A DNA stretch of 64,000 nucleotides from Pavona decussata (taxonomy: Eukaryota). This document shows positions 1 to 11,351 of the stretch, piece by piece (positions within the stretch are counted from its first letter, which is position 1; each line of letters begins with the position of its first letter). The notes beneath the pieces are model-generated. The model made no database searches. It was not told the origin of the DNA and saw only the letters and a program-made list of their open reading frames with translations. Where the stretch lies: contig CDRNST010000020.1 in NCBI GenBank assembly GCA_977016875.1, forward strand, positions 3,224,001 to 3,288,000, written 5' to 3'. The position numbers and the translations under genes were made by a program.

Positions 1-820
1 AAAGTTTGGATATTCATGTTAGCTAGCATAAAAAAAACGTATTCGAATAAACATTAGAAAAATAATTTATCGAATAAATTATTTGACAAAATAGGCTAAC
101 GAAGCTCTTGAAGCAGAGGTTCTTTTCATCTTTGCTCAACAAAATAAACTGGTTGTCTTTTTCGCCGTGCGCGTAGAGGACCGTTTTTAATTCTGGGATA
201 AGCCGGAAAAGACATCCGTGAAAGACGAAAGTTCGGAAATTAACTCCGCTGTGAATGCCTTAAAGTTCTTTATCCTGTGGATCACGTTACCATCCATTTT
301 CTCTATTGTGTGGGTGAATTCCAATGTCTACAAACAGGTTGAAAAACAAACACGCGGGCATGTGTTCGCATTATGAGTCAGTAAAAACCAACACTTCCTT
401 TCTTTTTTATGTAGGAACACAAGTTAATTAGTGAAGACGAAAGTGGAAATTCTTCTGTAAACTAGACACGAATGCGCGCACTATCTTCAGTTACCACTTT
501 GCTCCTTAGAATGTGAGGAGACCAAATTTTAAATAAAGCCATAAATTGTAGCCTCAAGACATTGCTGAAAAAAATTCCCCACTGTTTTTCTATTTTCAAT
601 CCATTTCCATCTTAGCCAGCCCCATCAAAAGAGAAATTTAAAGTACTAGTTTATGTGCACTAGTAGAGTTATTGTTAATAAAACTGGAACATCACTTTGA
701 CGTTTCCATTGACGAGCGGATTATCATATTGACCCTCCTAACTTCTGTTCATCTCAGCTAAGTCTTACATAGAACACGCCTAGTGCAACTAGAAGGATTC
801 TCCTGAAAATTCCGAAATCA

Positions 821-1079
821 GGGGTGCTTGCCATTTACGCAAACCACCCGGATGGAAATTTTCGGCATAAATATGAAATGATTTAGCTTGTCTGAAAAGA
901 AGATGGATAACATGCAAAATGTATGAACATCAGCTGTAAATCCCAATCGGAGTAATAAAAATGGATCACTTTGACCCGAAGCCCACAATTTCAAAAGTAC
1001 TTCAATTAATGGTGTGTTGTGTACCGTTTGATTTTAAGCCTGGAATTTCCGAGTTTTCCATGTAAATGGTAAGCACCCC
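821..1079. mobile_element. MITE (PIF/Harbinger-like non-autonomous element)
   Basis: TIRs ggggtgcttgccatttac / gtaaatggtaagcacccc. Second copy at 42799-43036; the copy near 22798 is truncated by a deletion. Confidence 0.75.
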
Positions 1080-3481
1080 TAGTTTCCAAATTGAACTAGG
1101 TAATTTCTTGTTACATAGTCCGTTTCCATATCAAAAATATAAAAAAAAAATGAAGTAAAAATAAATTAAGGGACAATCATTAACCTTTCATGATTATATA
1201 GCTAGAATCATGAATGTTTCAGATGTTGTCTAAAGAAAATGAAAACTGCAGAAAGTGCATACGAAAATTTTATTCTCTCAGAAAGAACTTGTGAACAGCC
1301 ATCAGCAGACGTCTTTCCAAACCTGACAATATGTTTGACTTTGAACAAAGCTGAAAGCACGTTCAGAGTCTATAAAAAAACTGAATATATAAAAGACCTT
1401 TCACGTCACTTTCTCAGTTTCGAACTGTTCCTGACGTCATTTTAGCTTTAATTCTCATGTGTACAAGACTTCATATCACGTCATGATTAAGATGCGAACA
1501 TTTTGCCCTATGGGGGATATAAAGGGCTTAAATATTTTAACGGCACCAGCAGCAGAACACAAGGGAGTGGCTCCCCCTTCCTAGCTCCCCCACCTGTCTT
1601 GTACCATGGTGAGGTTAAGACTTTGCTTTATACGTCCGTACGTTGGAGTGAATATCATTGTTTCCTTGACTACGTCAGTCGGACTTCTAAATAGTGGGCT
1701 TTTGTCTGATTTAAACAATACTCAGGGGATAAAAGAAGGCATCAAACAAGAAAATAGGCAACCTCGTTTCCAGGATCTTTCATCTCTCCACCTCTCTGGA
1801 AGTCCCTGGGAACAAGGTTGGAGAATAAGTTGTATTTGTTCAGTCAGCTTCATAGGAGTGAAGTTCTTTTTTACCCTGTTTTTATTTTCATCACTTTAGG
1901 GGATGTTTACATTAAATCAGTATGACCTACAAACTGGCTTTTCGATCTCAACACGGTTTTTTCTTGTCCCTCTGTATTCGTCTCAGTATTAAACTGGGAC
2001 TAATCCTCCTATCGGTGTGAGTCATAGAGCTATCGGAATATCCAGACACATCGAAACAATAAAAGCATTCGGCCTACGGCTTGGTGCTTTCATCTTTTTC
2101 TCGGTGTTTGGATACCCCGATGAAGCACGATCGAAGCACGAGTTTTTGATGTATTAATGCGATTTCTAGAGCTCGTGCTGCTTGCGTCATGCAAAACATC
2201 GCACACAACTCTCGCCATTCAATATTGCCTATACTTACGACTGTCGTAGGATTTCCTTAAAACATGTTTTAAAATCCTACGACAGTCGTAAGCGAGTCGC
2301 AGCTTTGATTTACAGAAACAATTCGTGTCTTAGGCCTGTCGTAAGCTTCTTGCATGCGCGACAAAGTCGTTCCGTGTAAATCGCCCTTTAGAGAACGAGA
2401 TTACGCTTTGTGCGTGTGAAGTACCAATACCTAAAGTAACTATGTAATAATCCAAGCAAGAAATTAATAATATTCTACATTAGATCAACTTTGGATGAGA
2501 TAATGTTTTCTTTTTTCTAGAAATAATGTTTATAACTTCCGTTGAAAATTGTGTCGATGTAGTCTTAAAACAGCACCTGGAGTCCAGCCAGGAGAATTCG
2601 TCTTGTAGAATTTTGCTATTAATTAGACAGAAAATTGAGGAAGTAATAATTAAAATAAAGAAACCTTTTTCATCTGAAAGCTAGAAGAGCTTTTAGCCTC
2701 CAAGGTGAACTAAGCAACTGGGTAGAAAATTTCTTTGACTTCAATTAATGTTGTCATCTAATAAATTTAAGCGTTATTTGCATTGTTGCAACTCATTAAT
2801 TTTATGCCTCATTCACGGTCTGGTTGTCCTTAAGTTTTAAAAGAAATACCTTCTGCCGATCATTAAAAGTGTTTGTGATTTTAAAGAACATGGTGTTTAT
2901 TTCAAATCAGGTGTGAGAGTAAATTTCAAATTTCAAATTGCATGACAATGAATTGGCTTGACTATCATTCCATAATTATTTTGGGTTACAAACGAGGTCT
3001 CGAAAGTCATTTAGAAAGTAAGAGACTGAATACTGTAAAATATGTTCGTATCTCATTAAAAGCGAACCCCTTGAAAACAAACAAATGCAAACTTATAAAA
3101 AGAACAAAAAGTACGCATAACTTCGAAATCAATTAATTTAAAATATTCGCCTTTTCTGCCCCTGCTTAAAAATACATTGTTAACCTCGTTTTTTATCAGA
3201 AAATGGACTTAAATTTAAATATTTATTTAATATTCTTCGCCTATAAAACTTACTGTTGTAACATACTTATATGCATTTTTTTTAGCTGAAAATGGTTTTT
3301 GACAAAGCCGGAACATGTTTTTTTCACTCAGACAGAATCGTAGTTTCCTTAAAGGAAACTTGACATTTCCATTTCTATCTGCTGCCTGTGCCTCTGATAG
3401 TCTTAAACATTGACAGTACAGAACTATTTGAGAGTTATTAAGGCACGCTTATAAAATGCACGACAGGAAGTTCAGAAGTGT

Positions 3482-3516
3482 TATATAAGCAAGAGAATTT
3501 GCTCTTCATCTTCATT
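3482..3516 (+). promoter_or_regulatory. Core promoter of gene A1 (TATA + Inr)
   Basis: TATATAA at 3482-3488 and TCATT at 3512-3516 (~30 nt downstream). ETS-like ACAGGAAGT at 3463-3471. Same layout in B, C and E paralogs. Confidence 0.75.
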
Positions 3517-3592
3517 GACTAACTCAGTCTTCCGAGTGGCCAGAGTAAATCATCACTGAGGACGAAATTTGTAGAAACGTGAATATTTCAAA

Positions 3593-4759
3593 ATGATCTT
3601 TACAGCACAAGTGAGTACTGGTTCTTTCCTGTTTTGACTTAAGTTAGTTTGTTTTAGCAGCGAATTTAATGCTAGCAAATTTAACTTCTTTACTAATTTC
3701 CCCAGTGATGTTTATGATACGCCCGCCAGCACTACACTTAGTTAACAGCAATAAAAAAAACTTATATCGCTATTAAGGAACTAGTAAACAATGATCAGAA
3801 CTAGACTTAATGAAATGTTTTGTGGTTATATCTCTGCTTGGTTCTGGAGTATTTCGATATCATAAAATTTCGAAAAGTCACCTCTCAGATGAGTAGTTTA
3901 AAAAAAAAAAACCTTTTGGCGATAGAAGGATTAATTAATCATGCAGGTGGACTGATAGTTAAGAAGCTGAGAAACTTAAAAATGAACATTTGGGATCCTT
4001 TATTCCTGAATCTTTACTAGTCTAACCTCTAACAATTTCTTCCAATTTACGTACTTACGCTATTGTAAAATAAAGTAATAATTTATTGGGAATTAATAAA
4101 ACAAGGCCTTTTCATTCGAGCTGGTGGGACCTCGTCACCACAAATAGTGCTACCAGTTTAGTCAGTCTCAGTTTGGCAATATTACAATCTCTACTTTTAA
4201 ACTACCTGATAAATTCATTTACACGGCATTGCATCTGTGACAATATTGACAATATACTTTCATAGCTCTCTCGGTGGTAAATAAAAACAAAACACTAAAA
4301 TAAAAAACTGAGCACTTTTGTTTCTTGCAGACAATTTTGTACATAGCTCTCATCTTTACCTGTTCAAGCCCAAGCTGTACCAATTCTCTTCCCCTGGAGA
4401 AAAAGGACGCCAATCAGCAGTCACGTGACCAACAGACCCACCTTCAAGACGATGCCTTCCAACCAGAGAACATAAAACAAGAGAATGAAGTCACAAGTAG
4501 TGTGAAAGGATTTCTCGACGCACCATCTGCGCATAATCGCACTACCAGAGATGTGAATCCCCACTGTGTTGAAAAAATTGTTAGAGAATGGGATTCTTGT
4601 AGAAAGCGTTACGTTGACAAGTTCTTTTGTTTTCCTTCACACAAGTCCTGTAGTCTAGTGATAGCTCCACCCAAATGTAGACCAAAGTATGGCTTTCCTC
4701 ACGCAGATTCCGACAAAACATGTCCAATGCTTCCTATAAACTGTGAGTGTGCTTTGTGA
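3593..4759 (+). CDS. Secreted 8-Cys prepropeptide, paralog A1 (148 aa; join 3593..3610,4331..4759)
   Basis: Exon 1 ATG ATC TTT ACA GCA CAA|GTGAGT; acceptor tttcttgcag|ACA in frame with ORF 4325..4759. Hydrophobic signal, acidic propeptide, SAHNRTTR furin site, 69-aa mature domain ending CECAL. AATAAA at 4921. Confidence 0.9.
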
Positions 4760-7487
4760 GTCTGTTTTTTTTTTTTTTCTAAACTCAAACAGATGAATAC
4801 TGGGACCAGTCATTGTAATTCAATCAAGTGCTAACGGAGAGAAGTTAACCTCGCTCCATATGAGTGTTTTTCCAAGAATAATACTTTGTTAAAGATTATA
4901 GCCGGCAGCTTAAAGAGAAAAATAAAGTGTTTTGAATTGAGTACTTGTGATGCGATGTATTCATTATGCATTTTAACTTGTTTTGGCTTTTTTCTAACGT
5001 TTTGAGCTTTCTTTCCCACTGTTATTTAAATCAATGCCGTGCTTACCCTCCTTCCCAATCCTCCTTGAATCTCGGCCGAACGTAACGTCACCCGTTGAAA
5101 TGATCGGAAAGATGCGCCCAAGGACGAAGCGTGTCGCGCTTACAATCAAAGGTCACGTTCCGACCTGATAATTCAGTACTGATTATTTCCCGTTCTATCG
5201 TAACTTGGCTTGGACTGTCCGTGTGATTTTGCTTTCGTTTCCAGTACTTTTATTTCATTCCCGGCTACCCTTTGGGTTCACTGTCTTTAGGGGGTGACAA
5301 AGGAAACCCTTGCAGATGGAGCCTCCCCGCATAGGAACTCAAAGTAGTACCCCAGAGACCATTACAGGACAGTTTCTCCACCCATATTAAATTTATCAAA
5401 TAGGCGCTGCATCAACATGCATATATTTAATAATTATCAATTTATATACATGAAATCGCCAGAAGTCAGAACGTTATTTCTGTTGAGTACTGTGTTGTGT
5501 GTANNNNNNNNNNNNNNNNNNNNNNNNNNNNNNNNNNNNNNNNNNNNNNNNNNNNNNNNNNNNNNNNNNNNNNNNNNNNNNNNNNNNNNNNNNNNNNNNN
5601 NNNNNNNNNNNNNNNNNNNNNNNNNNNNNNNNNNNNNNNNNNNNNNNNNNNNNNNNNNNNNNNNNNNNNNNNNNNNNNNNNNNNNNNNNNNNNNTATATG
5701 TTCGCAAAATTTTGTTATCCGTTTTGTTACTGTCTAGTTACATTTATTATTTTGCGATATCGAGCAACAGTTACGAATCTCTTTATATTTAAACCGAGTA
5801 TCCGTCTTTCCTTATTTCCTTTCAGGTCTGCAGTCCGGCAGCTGTACGTCAAAATAGATCTAAATGGATGATGCTTTTATTTTAATCAAACAGGACACCC
5901 AAAGTAAAACTGGTTTTAGACCAAATGATCAGTACACTTTCTACGAGGCTCAATCAGAAACTATAAGCTACATTTATCATCAGTTTTCTCATTCCAGGCA
6001 GTTCCTGGACTGCCTTTAAGTCTTACTGGTATTTTTTATCGAATTAATGGGTATACCTTTTGCTGGAAAATGTTTTATACGGAACAATGCCCTTTACTTA
6101 ACTTACTTAATCTAATGTTGTCGGAAAACTGTTTTTGTGGGACTGCAAGAAGAAGCCAAATTATTCCGACAATTGCAAGGCTTTAAGAGCCAAATTGTTC
6201 TTTACTACGGAACAGAAAGGAAAATTAACACGAAAGACTATTATCCAAAGAAATGATTCGGTTTGTTGTTCATTTTTATTTATTTATCTATTTATTCTCT
6301 TCTTGTTTATCACAATATTTTGAAAGCGGAAACTGTTCATTGTTCACAACGTAAACCTTCTTATCCTTAACTTAAAAGTATATCTACAATTTATCATTGC
6401 ACTTTAATTTATAATTGCACTCAATAAAGTTGATGATCCTAAAAAAATCTTTATTCAGCATTGTTAACGCTGTTTGTCGCCACAGTTTCGAAAGCAATCA
6501 ACCTAACCATTACGATTTCGTCTGGTCAGTTGATTTTTTACTCGCTCAAGACCGGCGGAGATTATTAAGCAGTGCACGTGCCGCCAATTCAAGATCAACT
6601 TAGCAACCTGGTCCACAGATAGGGATGTACGGATTACATACACAGGACGGAAGAATTTTTCAGGTATCACTCGTACATAAATTCAAGCGTTCTTCAAAGG
6701 ACCTATGGAAAATGTTATGAATTAATTAATTGAGGCCAAGCACTATAATCGATTAACCGATATTACTGTTTACTTTTCCCAAAGTATAGGACATTGTTTT
6801 ACTGAATTTTGAAAAGGTTAGGTAGGCTCTATTTCACTGAGATGCAAGTGAAAAGGCTTGGGCAAACATTTAAATCGTTGTAGGCTAGCTTCTGTGTTGT
6901 ACATGTACAATGTGATCAATAATTGTTTGATTTTTTGAGAGGCCGATAAAAATCTGAAGAAATACTGTATATCCTTATTGAGTTACCCAGGGGGAAGCCC
7001 CAGCAACACTGTATGCTTGAGTGCTTTTGGGATACATAACATAGACAATATGTAAAGTTAATATTTCTTTTCACTCCCACGGACATGCATGAAAACTTGT
7101 CGTTTGTATGCTAGTTTTGTTTCACCTCTTCAGCTTTTAAGTTCTGAAGCATTTTGCGAATTATTATAAATATTACGCTTATTCAGGAGCCATAAACAGG
7201 GATGGAGATCGTCATCACTTCCGTCCGCCCGACCGTCCGTACACAATCCCACAATGTTAATGCGCCTGTGTCCTAGTGTTCGGCGGGACACTCAAAGAAT
7301 CTTAACTGAAATCATTTTTCTTTGACCCGGAGCGACAAAACGTTGGATTTTTCCTCTTAAAGTGAAACGTTTCCCTCACTTAACATTGTAAAACGAACGA
7401 AAAAATCAGCAATGGAATAAAAGGACTGGTTATCCTCCAAAGAAGCGAGTATTTTCATATGACTTTGTTGACAAAACCTTGCTGTTT

Positions 7488-7511
7488 GTATAGGTAATCA
7501 CATGATTCCGA

Positions 7512-7542
<31 letters not shown>

Positions 7543-7614
7543 ATTTTAAAAGACTAACAAAATTGCACGAGCCCGCAGGGCGAGTGCAATTTGTGGTCTT
7601 TTAAAATTTTCAAA

Positions 7615-7650
<36 letters not shown>

Positions 7651-8726
7651 GTGATTACTTGTTAATAATATACATACAAAAATTTCAAATGAGCTTTTGT
7701 TTATTTCTTGTTCGTCAGCTAATACTCCGCCTACATGTCTTTGATTGGTTTCAAAAATGACAAGCTTGATTGATATACATGTTCATACATACGGAAAACA
7801 TGCTAAAAATACCATCACTCTAAAAAGAGCAAGTTTTTAAATCGCAAAGCATAATTTTAAGTCAATGTTAAAAGAATAAAAGAAGTCTGAAGTCAATCAC
7901 CGTCCTCAGCATGTTTTCGAACTGACTGGATTTCAGGAGCCGGGGCTTTGCATATAGTCCAGACTGACGTGTTTTAGTCTGGTTGTCAATGAATTCAACG
8001 TTTGTTTACGTCCAAGCCGACATGGAAATCTTCAGCATGATGCTCTACGCCAAGATATTGAGTCAGGAGCTACAAAACCGTTTGTACCAGGACTTGTGCT
8101 TCAAAGCGTTTTACTTTTCAACAGCTCATTTAACTCAGTGTTTGTCAGACTTCCAAGACTTGTTCGGCCGCTTGACTTTAAGCTAACCTTGTTGTCGCAG
8201 TAGTCGAGCTTTACCTTCAAGAACTTGCTTCGAACCTTTTTACTCTCGATTTCTAATTGTGGAGTATTTGTAACCTTACCTCCTTAGGTAACGTTCAATT
8301 GCAGTGCGAAGACTGTCATGCTCGTATAGTCTTTCCCGTCTTCTTTACGCACTGTTGCGTGGAAATCCTCGAGAATTTTGTTGACTGCCTCCGGTTCATA
8401 GTTTTCAATATTTTGGTCGTAGCCCTTTTACAAGGGCTGTCCAAGACCTCCACACTTTTAGCCTGTTGTTTGTGCTTTGTTGAGTTTCTTTGCATTTTCC
8501 TTTAAACTTCGAATTAAAATGCTGTTACCCTCTTCAAACCTGTTCGCCATTTTCTTTGGAGACAGCCGATTTGCAAATTTGCGTACCTGTCAATCATTTT
8601 AATTTCACCTTTGTTGCACTAATTTCAACTTTCTGCACTCAATTTCACATTTCTGCACTACATTTAGTATAAATTGAGCCGCTCTCCACCAATCAGATTG
8701 CAGAAATTTTTGTATGTATATTATTA
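7488..8726 (-). mobile_element. Non-autonomous Crypton-like (tyrosine-recombinase class) element, specific to unit 1
   Basis: Absent at the empty site ~28669. Long hairpin 7494-7658; perfect 24-bp inverted repeats 7663-7686 / 8703-8726; no TSD. The minus strand encodes a degenerate 'YEPEAVNKILEDFHATVRKEDGKDY/EHDSLR..IERYL..GYKYS..SKQVLEGKARLLRQQG', resembling the CryptonA/KCTD1/ZMYM (DUF3504-associated) region. Confidence 0.7.
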
Positions 8727-9306
8727 TGCCAGATATATATATATATTTTTTTTTTTGCAGTGTTGACACTGCAACTTGGAAGCTTAAAATGCTAACTTCA
8801 ACTTAGCAAACAAACAAATTATTTTATCGTAGTGTACAAAACAAACAAAACTGACGAGAATAGTTACCATTAACGGATGTAATTAAGAGAGAATACAATT
8901 TTAATACAGGAGCGAGCTAACAACGATAAAACTTAATGTTAGGCATCAATGAATTGTTCACTTGTGCTGTGAAGCTTCCTACAACTTGAAAATTACAGGA
9001 ACATAAAATAGCAAACAGTGGGGTAATTTCTACCAGTGAATTTCACCTGCTCCTTTTTCCCATCAAAAGGACACCGTTATGCTCGGTTATCATTTGTTGT
9101 AAGAAGAAGTAGCGAAGTGAAAGCACTAATGGTCGCCGTGAGTCCAGTGACTGATTTCAGTTTCTCAGCCAAACAAATATCAATCCGATCCAAGTTTTAG
9201 CTTTGACATAAATAATCTCTTACTGTTTCTTGTAAAAAAACAGGGAAACGTAACCTTTAGGAATTTCCTTTCTTGACTAGCTGCAGCACTTGATTTTCAT
9301 GTTTTT

Positions 9307-9339
<33 letters not shown>

Positions 9340-9617
9340 TTTTTGGGGGGGGGGGGGGTTTGTTACAAACAACCCGGCTTAAAGAGTCAAAACTCCAAAG
9401 AACCTCAAAGAACTTGTACATTTTGAGCCCAAAATAAAGAAACCAACAAAATGTAGAACTGGCCTGCTCAGCCAATGAGGGGCGAGTATTTTCGCCGCGC
9501 GAGGAGGAGTAAGGAGTAAGTAATTTTGCCCTCGGTGAAAGGAAAATTAAGAAAAAATGTTCTCTGTTACATCAAATCGGCATTCAGTAATTTTGCCCTC
9601 TGTACCTCTGTACGGTA

Positions 9618-9900
9618 CGGAAAGTCTTAGGTTCGACTCCTGATGGGAGCACTCGGAATTTCTTTTTCCGAGTTTGATAATACATCATTCTCGTTTGTTC
9701 ACCAGGCTTAAAATATTACATCACATTTTCTGTCGTTGCGCATATGCCACTCATTGACATTCCAATCCGAGCAGTAAGCAGGATGTTTTTCCTATGAACC
9801 TAGTTTAATGGCCTTAGCTCCCACGAGTCTCCTGTAGCTCAGTGGTAGAGCATCCCAGCTAGTAATCTCTCGGAATTTCTTTTTCCGAGTTCGCCGGCTG
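9618..9900 (+). mobile_element. tRNA-derived SINE-like repeat fragments
   Basis: B-box GGTTCGACTCC (~9630) and A-box TAGCTCAGTGGTAGAGC (~9834) in permuted order. Copy at ~29565-29850. Confidence 0.65.
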
Positions 9901-10310
9901 TGTCATTACTGAATTATACAACATTCTACATTGTTATTGTTATTGTTGATGGGCAGTTTCCTGCATATGCACTAAAAATATATATAACTACAGAAAGGAT
10001 GAGGAACTTGTAAGGTTGAGCAGATAAGCGATAAGCAGATTTCGATAAATGCTATGAATGAAATTGGAGCTCCGCTTTTAGGCTTGGCTAAATATATATA
10101 TCTATTAGATTTTGTAGTGAACTCATGAAACTTGATGTCCAAACGTGTTAAAAACTATGTCCATGATCAAAGTAACTTGTAACCGGTAAAAAATTTAAGC
10201 ATTAATTATGAAAAAAGAAAAATTGAAATCTTTTCACACTCAGCTGAAACCAGAACTGACTTCAAGCCTCACAGGTGAAGTAAGTAACTTGATATTTAAC
10301 CTCCTTGAGT

Positions 10311-10770
10311 TAAATGTAATCACATTGTTTAAATGTCTGAGTTGCCTTGTTGAGTTCATGGATTTTATTAAAAATTTTGGTTGCAATTGGTCTTTTATTT
10401 TGAAACAGTCAAAAGTGTCTAATACTACTTTAATAACCTTTACTGGATATTAAAATTGTTTGACTTTTAATGTAATCGTCGGCATTGTATATGTCTGAGT
10501 TGCCTTGCCGAACTCATCAATGTTATGAACAATTTCATGGTTGCATGCGCTTTCATTTAGGAACATTCAAAAGATGGAAGTATTTGATACTACTTTGAAT
10601 AACCTGAACTAAACAACTGGATTTTAAAATTCTTTGATTTTAAATGTAAACGCATTGGACATGTCTGAGTTGCCTGGCTGGGCTCTTCAATTTTATGTAT
10701 AAGTCTGGTAGCTCTTTTATTTCGAAACAGTCGAAAGATGAAAGTATTAAATTGATACTACTTTAATAAC
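10311..10770. repeat. Degenerate ~160-170 bp tandem repeat x3
   Basis: Recurrent core atgtctgagttgcc ... atactactttaataac at ~10333, 10491 and 10661. Copy at ~30257-30716. Confidence 0.75.
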
Positions 10771-11247
10771 ACGAAATAATCTTTTGACAGTGTTTGAAAC
10801 CTAAATACGATCTAATGTCTAAACACAGTGCTATAAATAAAGGCAACTACCACCTGAAATGAGCATCTTTTACGTCATAAGCTTGAGTTTCGAACCGTCC
10901 CACACGTCCTTTGGGATGTTAGGACCAGGCTCGTTACTGTATAATGTGTTCGTTTCTCACTGCAAATAGAAAAGTCATTAAATAAAGTACAGAAATTGCG
11001 CAACACTTTAAAAATCTTCAAAATCACTTTTAAGCTTTGTATTCTTCATTTACTGACTTAAATAAATACTTAAATCTTTTAAGTTACATTAGGAATCACG
11101 CCAAGTGAATTTTTTGGTCTGCGTTCATTTTAAAATGTAAATTATTTCCCTTTACCCCTAACTGCGCCTCTGACAGTCTTAAACACTAATAATGCAGAAC
11201 TATTTTAGAACAATTAATGCAAGTAGTAAAATTCTGGAATGGAAGTG

Positions 11248-11281
11248 TATATAAGAAGAATTTTCCTCTTTATTTTCATTG
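11248..11281 (+). promoter_or_regulatory. Core promoter of gene B1
   Basis: TATATAA at 11248-11254, Inr-like TCATTG at 11276-11281, ATG 104 nt after the TATA box. Confidence 0.75.
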
Positions 11282-11351
11282 AGTGGTCAGAGTGGCCAGA
11301 GTAAACTGAATACTTCGTTAAAAACAAGAATTGCAGAAGGAGAATTTCAAA

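Larger units (their letters stand above)
1..5971. repeat. Tandem segmental duplication, partial unit 0 (3' part, carries gene A1)
   Basis: Position 1 aligns with 22021 and 42000 (aaagtttggatattcatgtt). Homology of all three copies ends at ...gaaactataagctac (5971, 27153, 48630). Confidence 0.9.

Noticed and set aside
4550-4756. Assignment to coral SCRiPs or other known cnidarian toxin folds (ShK, Kunitz, defensin-like)
   Set aside because: SCRiPs are shorter, with closely spaced Cys ending in CC. Here the domain is ~70 aa and ends in CxC, and the spacing fits none of these folds.
5504-5694. N runs (also 15865-16013, 35720-35883, 57110-57248) and ORFs spanning them
   Set aside because: Unknown or masked bases. 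ORFs through them are artefacts and nothing can be inferred.
10208-10453. Short ORFs conserved between units (e.g. 10208/30154, 13056/33003, 2942/44874)
   Set aside because: Conservation reflects recent duplication or conversion of non-coding DNA; no coding features.
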